Positions 20,607 to 29,135 of a DNA stretch of 64,000 nt are shown in pieces. Origin of the DNA: Candidatus Hermodarchaeota archaeon (GTDB taxonomy: Archaea; Asgardarchaeota; Lokiarchaeia; Sigyniarchaeales; SOKP01); the NCBI GenBank assembly GCA_048885925.1, contig JBHLLG010000003.1, positions 32,001-96,000 of the forward strand. The letters are read 5' to 3'. The notes below the pieces were generated by a model. It was not told where the DNA came from. It was given only the letters and a program-made list of their open reading frames with translations, and did no database searches. Position 1 is the first letter of the stretch; each line of letters begins with the position of its first letter. Both the position numbers and the translations under genes were made by a program.

Positions 20607-23015
20607 TTAAATGAAGCATGATAAATCTGTTTGAAGCGATTTCTTATTATAATCTAAAGTTAATAATTCTTCAAGCTCAGGGAACTTAAAAGGAAAGATG
20701 TTTTCAAAAGCTCTTTTTAGAAGTTCAATGTACTTTCTTTTATCATACTGGTGCTTTTTTGGATTATACAAATCTGAAAGGATAACTTTCTTTTCAGGAA
20801 AATTCGGATCCGCATCAGCGTTAAGAATAATATATCTCACATTCTTTCCAGCAGACGCTACAATACCTGAGCGTTCTAACTGTCTTGCGGCTACAGCTTG
20901 ATAAGAATTTACTTTGTATGCTGATGGCTTTCGGGATATTTTTTGACGGATAGAAAGTTCATCTCTGGATACTTTCCCCGAACAAATTCGTTCTACATAT
21001 TCATAGAGCTTTTCCATTGCTTGTGGAATTCTTTCTATAAATTCATTGACGGTTTTTGCACCTTGAAAGACATCAATAAAGGCATATTGAGCATCTTTTA
21101 CAATTTTGGGTATATCTCTGCGTCTCACTTCAATACCTCTCACCTTGACCTCGCCATTGCTTTTTATCCCCCAGTAATGACTAAGGGCTGGTACCTCTGG
21201 TTCTGCTCGAGAAGGCAAGAAAACGATAACATTGAATCTTCCCTCCCAACTCATAGGAATACTTGTGCTTTTAGATATTTCTTCAGCAATTTTTCTTGTT
21301 AATTTCTCAAATTCTTCTGGATTTCTTCCTTTTTTGTCTTGGATCCACATGGAATCAACAATTCCATGGACAATTTTACAATCATAATTTTTAGCAATCT
21401 CGACGGATCTCAATAAAAATTCACGAGCGAAGGCACAAACTGTTTGATGAGCCTCAATTTTTCCAAAACGGGCGTTTTTAAATCCTAAATATCCAAAACT
21501 TACAACAAGTACCCATTTTAATGCAATATCGGTAAATTTGTATCGAAGATCGTCATGAGTCTTATTATATGCTTTACACTCTAAACGCTTTCTTAATGGT
21601 AAACTAATTGATTTCGAAATAATCCCCTCTCTTTTCGAACAAATATGAAAATCTAGACCAGGTACTTTAATCCCTGTACCATCATCTTTACAGCATTTGC
21701 AATTAATCGTTTCTGAAGAAATATTAAAGTTAGCCATTAGGGAGGGATACATTGAGGAAAAGTCTAACTCTATCACTTGATCAAAAACACCTATTAATGG
21801 TTCAAATATATGCCCACCTCGGTCATTTTTGATCAAATCCATTCCACTTCGAAAACCTTCTGGGCTCTTCTTGAAAGGTGGGATAAGGTGATTTAGTTTA
21901 TAGGCATTATAGTATTGTATCGATTGAAGAGCGCCCCCGATTGTTACTCTACATAATCTTTGCAATGGAACTCGAGATACTCTTGCAACCTCAATAACAC
22001 CTGGTATATTTCCCTCGCTAAAGTGTAAGCTACCGTAAGTTGTTGTGTCTAAATGAAAGCGTCCTGTAAAATAAACTTGTGTTTTGGAACGTCGCATTAT
22101 TATTCCGTAAGACATATAATGATCAGAGTTTCCTGAAAGATTGAAGATACACTTTCCGAGTGGCGTTTTTGTGCGAGAAAAATAGAGATCGCTTGATACA
22201 CGATTCACTGATGCTCGAGCTGCCAAGTAAGGAAACACAAATTCATCTCCTCCATGTGTTAAAATAATGTCTGGATCTAAACGCTCAATCACTTTACTAA
22301 TTGATTTGATGGTTTCTGCTTCATCAGCTTTGTCAATTAGAACTTTTCTTTTTCTCTGTCCATCAGCTCTCGGTATGTTGGCTTTTTCGTCTTTTTCAAC
22401 AATACTAACTTCCGCACATATCAGCGGGTCGTTGAAATATGATCTCATTCCATGTTGCTGTATTTTAATATCCAGCCACACAGCTTTTAAAGGTGGTAAC
22501 TCGTAAAACAATTCTTCGTTGTTGTCTTTTAGCTCTAATGAAATTAAACGCATTAATTGCCCGTCACCCTTTTTATTCTTTTCAGAATTAACCTTGAAAC
22601 AACATAAAGACATTGGAAATAAATCATTTACATAGAAATACATTTGCGAGATTGGAAGATCCGTATTATATAGAGTAAAAAGACCGATTTCATCTATTTC
22701 CTTAATTGTTTTCTTAAATACAGAAGGTTTTACTACAGAAACTCCTAATATTTTTACTTTTTCATGATCCTCTAACTTCACATATTTTTCACAGATTCGG
22801 ACATCCTTTACATTGGGGTGTGATTTGAGAATTTGTCTTAATCTCTTGAAATCGTTACCCGTATGTCTTTTTGGTACTGCAAAAAATTCTGGACAGAATT
22901 CATGAAAGATTTTTAAAACCTTTTGTTCCTTTAAAGTTTTTACCCAAAGGATAACTCCCTTATGATAAGTTGAAACATCTAAAAGCCAGCCATCAAATTG
23001 ATCTTGATAATCCAA
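20607..23015 (-). CDS. polB2: Family B DNA polymerase, PolB2 (Dpo2-like) group
   Basis: Motif A 'ELDFSSMYPS', motif B 'KWVLVVSFGYLGFKNARFG', altered motif C 'HGIVDSMW' (vs YGDTDS), degenerate exonuclease motifs, 'VRGIEVRRRD'; C-terminal QTDLSCFI. Confidence 0.9.
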   Translation of the reverse strand: MDYQDQFDGWLLDVSTYHKGVILWVKTLKEQKVLKIFHEFCPEFFAVPKRHTGNDFKRLRQILKSHPNVKDVRICEKYVKLEDHEKVKILGVSVVKPSVFKKTIKEIDEIGLFTLYNTDLPISQMYFYVNDLFPMSLCCFKVNSEKNKKGDGQLMRLISLELKDNNEELFYELPPLKAVWLDIKIQQHGMRSYFNDPLICAEVSIVEKDEKANIPRADGQRKRKVLIDKADEAETIKSISKVIERLDPDIILTHGGDEFVFPYLAARASVNRVSSDLYFSRTKTPLGKCIFNLSGNSDHYMSYGIIMRRSKTQVYFTGRFHLDTTTYGSLHFSEGNIPGVIEVARVSRVPLQRLCRVTIGGALQSIQYYNAYKLNHLIPPFKKSPEGFRSGMDLIKNDRGGHIFEPLIGVFDQVIELDFSSMYPSLMANFNISSETINCKCCKDDGTGIKVPGLDFHICSKREGIISKSISLPLRKRLECKAYNKTHDDLRYKFTDIALKWVLVVSFGYLGFKNARFGKIEAHQTVCAFAREFLLRSVEIAKNYDCKIVHGIVDSMWIQDKKGRNPEEFEKLTRKIAEEISKSTSIPMSWEGRFNVIVFLPSRAEPEVPALSHYWGIKSNGEVKVRGIEVRRRDIPKIVKDAQYAFIDVFQGAKTVNEFIERIPQAMEKLYEYVERICSGKVSRDELSIRQKISRKPSAYKVNSYQAVAARQLERSGIVASAGKNVRYIILNADADPNFPEKKVILSDLYNPKKHQYDKRKYIELLKRAFENIFPFKFPELEELLTLDYNKKSLQTDLSCFI

Positions 23016-23018
23016 TCT

Positions 23019-23291
23019 CTAACCTTTTTCTTCTATCAATTCTTCTAACTTTTTTACCTTCTCCTCTAACTCCTCAATTCTTTTTTCTTGTTCAACTGCA
23101 AAGGAGATAAATAAGACTTCTGACAGCACCGGACGGGCACTCATACTACCTGCATCAGCATGAATTCGAGCGAAGTTCATTAATTTATCAAAAATTTTCT
23201 GTTCTTCAGGGCGTAGAGCTCTTTTGAAGTCTTTCCAGCTTTCGATCTCATGCTCCAAGGCAGGTCGAAAAGAGGGTACCGTTCTTCCCAT
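23019..23291 (-). CDS. Small helical PolB2-associated protein (arCOG07300-like)
   Basis: 'MGRTVPSFR..LE.E...W..F.RALR.E....FD.L' as seen in proteins encoded next to polB2; stop is 3 nt upstream of the polB2 start. Confidence 0.8.
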   Translation of the reverse strand: MGRTVPSFRPALEHEIESWKDFKRALRPEEQKIFDKLMNFARIHADAGSMSARPVLSEVLFISFAVEQEKRIEELEEKVKKLEELIEEKG

Positions 23292-23414
23292 ATCTTTCAC
23301 TTTAATTTAAGGTAAAATCCAAAAAAGAGAGTATTGCAGTAAATTAAAAAAAAAATACAATACCAGTTTTCTGATTTTTAAATCTAATCATCGTTTAATA
23401 GATGATTTTAAAGA

Positions 23415-23555
23415 TTAATTTTCTTTTCCTTGGCATTCCGGACAAACAATCTCATCAAAATCTTCTAAATCACTTCTCCAGAAAAAAACTTTGCCTTTCC
23501 CTTTGCAAATTTTACATTTTTCCACATCTCCTTTTGGATATGCGAAATAGCTCAA
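23415..23555 (-). CDS. 46-aa zinc-finger microprotein (CxxCxGxG...CPECxG); not in the ORF track
   Basis: TTG start after SD AGGTGA; MSYFAYPKGDVEKCKICKGKGKVFFWRSDLEDFDEIVCPECQGKEN*. Confidence 0.7.
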   Translation of the reverse strand: MSYFAYPKGDVEKCKICKGKGKVFFWRSDLEDFDEIVCPECQGKEN

Positions 23556-23624
23556 GTTTTAAATTCACCTTCTAAGGGTAATTATTGGAAAAGATTAATT
23601 CCAACAAAATATGGTTAATCTACC

Positions 23625-23654
23625 TATTTAAATGTTTTCATAAAATATGAAACT
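23625..23654 (-). promoter_or_regulatory. Putative promoter of the Zn-finger/arCOG07300/polB2 unit with inverted repeat TTTCAT-N5-ATGAAA
   Basis: The minus strand reads AGTTTCATATTTTATGAAAACA-TTTAAATA (TATA-like box at 23632-23625). Confidence 0.45.
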
Positions 23655-23732
23655 TGGAAAAATAAATAGAAAGGTTAATAATATCTAAAAATAATACATT
23701 AATACTAAAAGAATGAAGAATAGAGAACAATT

Positions 23733-24143
23733 ATGAGTAAAGATTTGAAAAAATGGCATGCACCCTGTGGAATTTTCTGCAAAAGATGTCCGGGAGTAAA
23801 ATCTTTTGGATGTAGGGGATGCAGAGAGCAAGAAGGTCAAATACGTAAGTTTCCAGTTTGTAAAACCTATAAATGTTGTATAAATAATAGATATGAATTT
23901 TGCTATGAATGTGAAGATTTTCCATGTGAAATGTTAGAACCTATTGTAAATTTTGAAATTTTCACACCACATAATTCCAAAGTATATAATTTGATTATGA
24001 TAGAAAAGTTAGGGTTAGAAGAATGGAATAAAATATGTGATGCCAAAACTAATCTTTACTATAATGGTCGCAAGATTCAATACGGTGGAGATCAATTAAC
24101 TTTAGAAGAAAAAGATCCGAATATGTATAAAAAAAAGAATTAA
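23733..24143 (+). CDS. Cys-rich DUF3795-like protein
   Basis: 'APCGIFCKRC', 'CRGCR', 'CKTYKCC', 'FCYECEDFPC' pattern. Confidence 0.75.
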   Translation: MSKDLKKWHAPCGIFCKRCPGVKSFGCRGCREQEGQIRKFPVCKTYKCCINNRYEFCYECEDFPCEMLEPIVNFEIFTPHNSKVYNLIMIEKLGLEEWNKICDAKTNLYYNGRKIQYGGDQLTLEEKDPNMYKKKN

Positions 24144-24469
24144 TAACTGAAATACTGAGTGAACGATAAATATTTTGATTTCTATACTTAAGATAGTTCT
24201 TTAAATTTAGGAATAAATTAGAAATTAAGTTAAGAATTTTTAAAAAATAAAGTCTATTTTAAAATTTCGTTATTTCTTTAGATTGGTTAGAACTTATCGA
24301 ACAAAAATTCTTCTTAGTTCTTGTTATTATGCCCAAAGAATCCTTATGATAGTTGTTCTCTCACTCTTAAGGAAAAGATCCTAAATTTGTGCAAAAAAGA
24401 AGAAGATTAAGTGTATTATGTTCCTTTCAATAAAATTTTATATGGATAGATTTTCATATATAATATATT

Positions 24470-25207
24470 ATGGTAGCACCTATTACTTTTCTAAATTTTA
24501 TAGGTATGGTCTTCGAGATCTTCATAATAATCATTGCTGCGGTTTTACTAATACTCATTCTAAAAAAATACTTAATTAAACGCCATAAACTTACTCGATT
24601 GCTTTTATTTATTTTTATAAATTATTTTATTGCAATTGTTTTTTCTTGGATCTCAAAAGTTTTTGTAGTTTTTCAGATAAATATAACTCAAGATGGCTCT
24701 ATAACTGCTTCGATATATAATTTAATATCAGATTTTAGATTAAGTGAATTTTTTGTTGTAATTGCCATCTTTCTATCGTATATATTAAAGGTAAATGTTT
24801 TTGAAAAGGGATATATTAAGTTACAAAAATATATCGTGATAATTTATGGGATATTTAGTTGCGCTTACGTATTATTCATCTATGAAGACGGTAATACATT
24901 ATTAGACATTATTGCCTTCTTGATTGTCTTTATATACATGGTTATGGTATATGCCCCTTTTCTACGAAGATCAATAGAATCTTATCGTGCTGTGGAGGAG
25001 AAAACTTATAAACAAGCATTTTTATCCTTAGCAATCATGTCAGTCAGCTTTATGTTGATATTTCTTAATTTTGCTGTCGATCGATTATTAATCTTTTTAG
25101 GAAGCCTTGGATTTACCGTCTTTTATTTTCTAGCGTGGAGTTTTGCTATTGTAGGTATTTTTGGATCATACTATGGTTATGTTAGACCAAAGGCTAGTAA
25201 GGAGTAA
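24470..25207 (+). CDS. About 7-TM membrane protein (receptor-like, unknown family)
   Basis: 245 aa with about seven hydrophobic segments separated by short basic loops. Confidence 0.7.
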   Translation: MVAPITFLNFIGMVFEIFIIIIAAVLLILILKKYLIKRHKLTRLLLFIFINYFIAIVFSWISKVFVVFQINITQDGSITASIYNLISDFRLSEFFVVIAIFLSYILKVNVFEKGYIKLQKYIVIIYGIFSCAYVLFIYEDGNTLLDIIAFLIVFIYMVMVYAPFLRRSIESYRAVEEKTYKQAFLSLAIMSVSFMLIFLNFAVDRLLIFLGSLGFTVFYFLAWSFAIVGIFGSYYGYVRPKASKE

Positions 25208-25299
25208 TCATTAAATTTTTAAAAACTAAACATTAAATATTTTATAAATATTTTTATTTATTCACTAGAACATTAGAAATATGTTAAGCTGTGATTTAG

Positions 25300-25713
25300 A
25301 TGGAAAAGATAATACAAGATATATGGATACTAAATGATGCTGGTGCGGTTCTATTTAACCGTGTTTTTGAAAAAAAAATTGATGAACAATTAATTGGAGC
25401 TTTGATGTCAGCATTGAATCTATTAGCAGAAGAATTAGAAAGAGGAGGCTTATCTAATTTTCAGCTTAAAGAAAAAAAATATTTTATTATGAAACAACAT
25501 GGAATATCTTTTATAGTTAATTCCTCAAAAAAGACTAAAGAGAAAAAAGTTAATGAAGAATTGAAAAGTATAGTAAATAAGTTCTTCAATTTATATCCAA
25601 AAGAGATGCTTAATACTTGGGACAATGATATAAGTATATTTTCTGATTTCGAAAAGCATATTGAAGATAGTTTACAAGATACTATAGATAAATTTGAAAA
25701 AGCTTTTTGGTAA
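25300..25713 (+). CDS. Stand-alone longin-like domain protein (Asgard type)
   Basis: 'IWILNDAGAVLF.R', 'DEQLIGALMSAL..LA', 'L..I..KF...Y', 'F.DF' pattern typical of longin/sigma-adaptin-like folds. Confidence 0.7.
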   Translation: MEKIIQDIWILNDAGAVLFNRVFEKKIDEQLIGALMSALNLLAEELERGGLSNFQLKEKKYFIMKQHGISFIVNSSKKTKEKKVNEELKSIVNKFFNLYPKEMLNTWDNDISIFSDFEKHIEDSLQDTIDKFEKAFW

Positions 25714-25717
25714 TATT

Positions 25718-26467
25718 TTAAAACCACACGTCAAGAGTCATATTTCGTAAGGGTACCTTTTTCTTAGGTTTACGAAGTTTCCACTTTTTCAGCCTATTTT
25801 CTGGTAAGTAAGGATGTTGAACAAGCGTATATTCGACATATCTCTCATCATCATTTATCATTACCAGCACATTTCCAAAATGAGAAAGAATTTTACCTCC
25901 TTTTGGTCTGAAGAGGGAATGTTCATGTAAGGGTGCCGTTATTATAATGAGAGGTTTTGTTTTCCAGAGCATCTGTTTAATTCCATCTATCGCCCTTAGC
26001 AATTCTTCGAAAGTTTGCTTTTCATAGCCTTCAAATAGAGTTGTAATCCCAGAGATAAGTACAACTTTCACATCTTCAAGCATTGAAAGCTTATTCTCCA
26101 GAATCTCAATTATTTGGTCAAAAGTAAAGGCTCGTGAAATAAGGATGTTTTCTAACGCCATACGAGGGGACAGGTTTTGAGTGACTGCAAATTTGCTTAC
26201 GTTGTAAGGGTTAAAATGATTATTTCCATCGATAAAGGCAACTCTAATACCCTCTCCAAGTCCTCCATTGTCAAACGCTTTTTGAACGATAACTGCCGTT
26301 GTTAATAAGATATTAGTTGTTAATTTCTTATCTCCATAAAGTAAATAGACTAAATCTCTGTGGAATCCGCCAGAAAGCAACTTATTGAGAGTCTTATCTC
26401 CGCTAGAAATGAGGTGCGAATGATTGTTTCTTTCATGTACCGTGAATCCAGAATCAAACGTCATCAT
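25718..26467 (-). CDS. Inactive RadA/Rad51-like paralog (PolB2-associated type)
   Basis: 'ISSGDKTLNKLLSGG', degenerate Walker A 'LLYGDKKLTT', 'VAFIDGNNHFNPY', 'LENILISRAFT..Q'; no N-terminal HhH; C-terminal NMTLDVWF. Confidence 0.85.
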   Translation of the reverse strand: MMTFDSGFTVHERNNHSHLISSGDKTLNKLLSGGFHRDLVYLLYGDKKLTTNILLTTAVIVQKAFDNGGLGEGIRVAFIDGNNHFNPYNVSKFAVTQNLSPRMALENILISRAFTFDQIIEILENKLSMLEDVKVVLISGITTLFEGYEKQTFEELLRAIDGIKQMLWKTKPLIIITAPLHEHSLFRPKGGKILSHFGNVLVMINDDERYVEYTLVQHPYLPENRLKKWKLRKPKKKVPLRNMTLDVWF

Positions 26468-26548
26468 ATGAAGTAACTATTCTTCAAAATAAAACAAAGA
26501 TACACCGACAATTTTCTGAAATAAATCCAATTTCTCCATAAGACAATT

Positions 26549-26603
26549 AGATAGTTTCATTTTTCAAGAATAAATGTTCTTTTAAAAGTAAGATAGTTTC
26601 ATT
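26549..26603. repeat. Perfect 13-bp direct repeat AGATAGTTTCATT (42-bp period) upstream of the RadA paralog
   Basis: Copies at 26549-26561 and 26591-26603 flank a TTTTAAAA box. Confidence 0.7.
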
Positions 26604-26802
26604 GAGACAGAGAGGTAATTGAAAGTAAAAATGAAGAAGAAAAAGATTCAGTTAAGAATGAATTAACTTTAAAAATGATATTACTTTTGATTTAAAATTA
26701 TTCAACATGGTTTATAAGCAAAATTAAACTTTATAATAAATCGCACCTAATAAAGTATAATCATCTTGAAAATTTAATCAAATAATAAACCAATGCGAGA
26801 AA

Positions 26803-28518
26803 ATGTCAAAACGATATAAAGAAAGGTTCTGGAAAGCAAAGTATGATCCAGGAATAGGTGATTTGGATCCGAAAGAGTTTGAAACTTCTTTTACTGAAAC
26901 TATAAGAAAAACTTTCAATGAGCTTCCTGAAAAATTAGCTCTTGGATTTTACGGAACAGAAATTCCATATGGAGAATTAGACAAGTTATCAAACGAATTT
27001 TCCCATATGTTGATAGAAAATGGATTTAAAAAAGGAGATGTATTAGGAATAGCATTGGTAAATATTCCTGAATACGTGATCGGATTTCTAGGAGCAATGA
27101 AGGCTGGAGTCATCGTTTCAGGAGTTTCCCCACTTCTTTCAGCTGTGCAACTTGAATATCAGTTGAATGATTTAGGAACTGGTGGAAAACAAGTTGCACT
27201 TCTTACTTTAGATGCAGTCTTTGCGGGTCATATTACCAAAATTTATACGAAAATTCCATCATTAAAGCTTGTTATAACAACCTCGGTTGGTGGATTCATG
27301 CCGAAGATGTTAGCAAAACTGGGAAAATTGGCTGGAAAAATACCAAAAGGGAAGGTTACTCCATTAGAAGGTATTACCGTACTTGAATATCATAAGCATA
27401 TTAAAGGAAAATATTCTGATAAATTACCTGATGTTAAAATAGATCCGAAGGATATAGCATTTATTCAATATACTGGTGGTACAACGGGTCCTCCAAAAGG
27501 AGCAATGCTGAGTCATCGAAATTTCGTTGCAGATATAAAAATATTTCAACATTGGCTTAGTTGGGAGTTTGGAACGGGTTTTGGATTATCAGGATTTCCA
27601 TTTTTTCATATAGCAGGATTATTTACATGTTCAAATGTTATAATGCTAGGGTGGAGTCAAGTTTTAATCCCAAATCCAAGAGATACAGGTCATATAATTA
27701 AAGAAATGTTAAAATATAGACCAACAGTTTTAGCAAACGTTCCCACATTGTATCAAATGATAATTAAGGATCCAAAATTCAAAAAAATTGATAAAGATAT
27801 GATAGATTATGCCATTTCTGCAGCAGCTCCTTTCCCAAAAGAATCACAGGAAATTTTTGAAGGAGTCATCGGTAAAGGAAAAATAATTGAGCTCTACGGG
27901 ATGACTGAAACTTCTCCATTAACAGTTGGCAATCCATCAAGAGGAAAGAAAAAATTAGGACATGTTGGTTTACCATTCCCTAATGTAGAGTTCAAATTAG
28001 TAGAACCTGACAGTGGTAAAACAGTAGATTTAGGTGAACCAGGAGAAATCTGTGTGAAAGGTCCGATGGTTATGGTAGGTTATCATAATAAACCAGAAGA
28101 AACGAAAAAAGCAATTGATTCTGATGGATTTATGCATACTGGAGATATTGGAATAATGGATGAAGAAGGGTATGTAAGAATCGCAGATCGAACCAAAGAT
28201 ATGATTATTGTAGGAGGTTATAAAGTATTCTCAACAAAAGTAGAAGATACATTGACTAAACATCCTGCAATTGGAATGGTTGCAATAATCGGGTTACCAA
28301 ATCCTGAAAGACCAGGATCTGAACTTGTCAAAGCTGTCATACAACTTGATCCAGATTATCAATATGATGGAAATGAAGAAGCATTAAAGGAAGATATAAC
28401 CGCGTTTGCTAAAAAAGAATGTGCCCCATATGAAGTACCAAAGATTATAGAAATAGCGGCCGAGTTGCCACTTACAACAGTAGGTAAAGTAGATAAGAAG
28501 CTCTTGAGGGATCGTTAA
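26803..28518 (+). CDS. fadD: Long-chain fatty acid--CoA ligase
   Basis: 'QYTGGTTGPPKG', 'ELYGMTETSP', 'HTGDIG', 'LPLTTVGK'. Confidence 0.9.
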   Translation: MSKRYKERFWKAKYDPGIGDLDPKEFETSFTETIRKTFNELPEKLALGFYGTEIPYGELDKLSNEFSHMLIENGFKKGDVLGIALVNIPEYVIGFLGAMKAGVIVSGVSPLLSAVQLEYQLNDLGTGGKQVALLTLDAVFAGHITKIYTKIPSLKLVITTSVGGFMPKMLAKLGKLAGKIPKGKVTPLEGITVLEYHKHIKGKYSDKLPDVKIDPKDIAFIQYTGGTTGPPKGAMLSHRNFVADIKIFQHWLSWEFGTGFGLSGFPFFHIAGLFTCSNVIMLGWSQVLIPNPRDTGHIIKEMLKYRPTVLANVPTLYQMIIKDPKFKKIDKDMIDYAISAAAPFPKESQEIFEGVIGKGKIIELYGMTETSPLTVGNPSRGKKKLGHVGLPFPNVEFKLVEPDSGKTVDLGEPGEICVKGPMVMVGYHNKPEETKKAIDSDGFMHTGDIGIMDEEGYVRIADRTKDMIIVGGYKVFSTKVEDTLTKHPAIGMVAIIGLPNPERPGSELVKAVIQLDPDYQYDGNEEALKEDITAFAKKECAPYEVPKIIEIAAELPLTTVGKVDKKLLRDR

Positions 28519-28632
28519 ATAAATCAGTCCGAAATATTTATAAACTTGAAAAGAGAAAAGGTCAAATAAATTTATTAAAATTTAATCTCTTATTATTTTT
28601 TTTTATTTATATAATAATGTATAGTTTATTCT

Positions 28633-29094
28633 TTAACTTAATTTTACAACTTCAATATTGGAACTTTTTAAAAGATCTACTTTTACGATATTTTCCATGT
28701 CGTATCCTTCCTTGTAAATTAAACGCTTAATTTTAGCATTAATAATTAGTTTTAAACAACTCATACAGGGAAATGTTGTAGTATAAAGGGAAGTATTACC
28801 ATCTATTGCTGTTCCGTGAAGTGCTGCTTGAATAACGCAATTAATTTCTGCATGGACACCTCTACATAATTCTGGTTTGTCACCAGGCTTAAGATGCTTC
28901 CGAACACAAGTATCTAAAGTACAATGAGATATACCCGATGGAGCACCATTGTATCCCGTTGATAAAATATGATTATCTTTAACAAGTACAGCTCCAACAT
29001 TCCTTCTAATGCAAGTTGATCTCATGGAGATCACTTCTGCTATTTTCATAAAGTAATCATCCTTTGAAATTCTTTTTCTCATAGATTTACCCAT
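28633..29094 (-). CDS. dCMP deaminase (ComEB/cytidine deaminase family)
   Basis: 'RSTCIRRNVGAVLV', 'TGYNG', 'HAE', 'PCMSC'. Confidence 0.9.
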   Translation of the reverse strand: MGKSMRKRISKDDYFMKIAEVISMRSTCIRRNVGAVLVKDNHILSTGYNGAPSGISHCTLDTCVRKHLKPGDKPELCRGVHAEINCVIQAALHGTAIDGNTSLYTTTFPCMSCLKLIINAKIKRLIYKEGYDMENIVKVDLLKSSNIEVVKLS

Positions 29095-29135
29095 TTCTAA
29101 TAATCACTCTATATAAGTTAAAAGATTTTAGAATA

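Noticed and set aside
20607-23015. PolB as a marker of a casposon, provirus or pipolin
   Set aside because: Motifs and neighbours match cellular PolB2; there is no Cas1, capsid, integrase or terminal repeat.
15068-23372. 12-mer TACCAGTTTTCT shared by 15068-15079 and 23361-23372
   Set aside because: Two copies in unrelated contexts in AT-rich DNA are compatible with chance.
24320-24410. Short plus-strand ORF (LLLCPKNPYDSCSLTLKEKILNLCKKEED)
   Set aside because: Under 30 aa, no SD and no recognisable motif.
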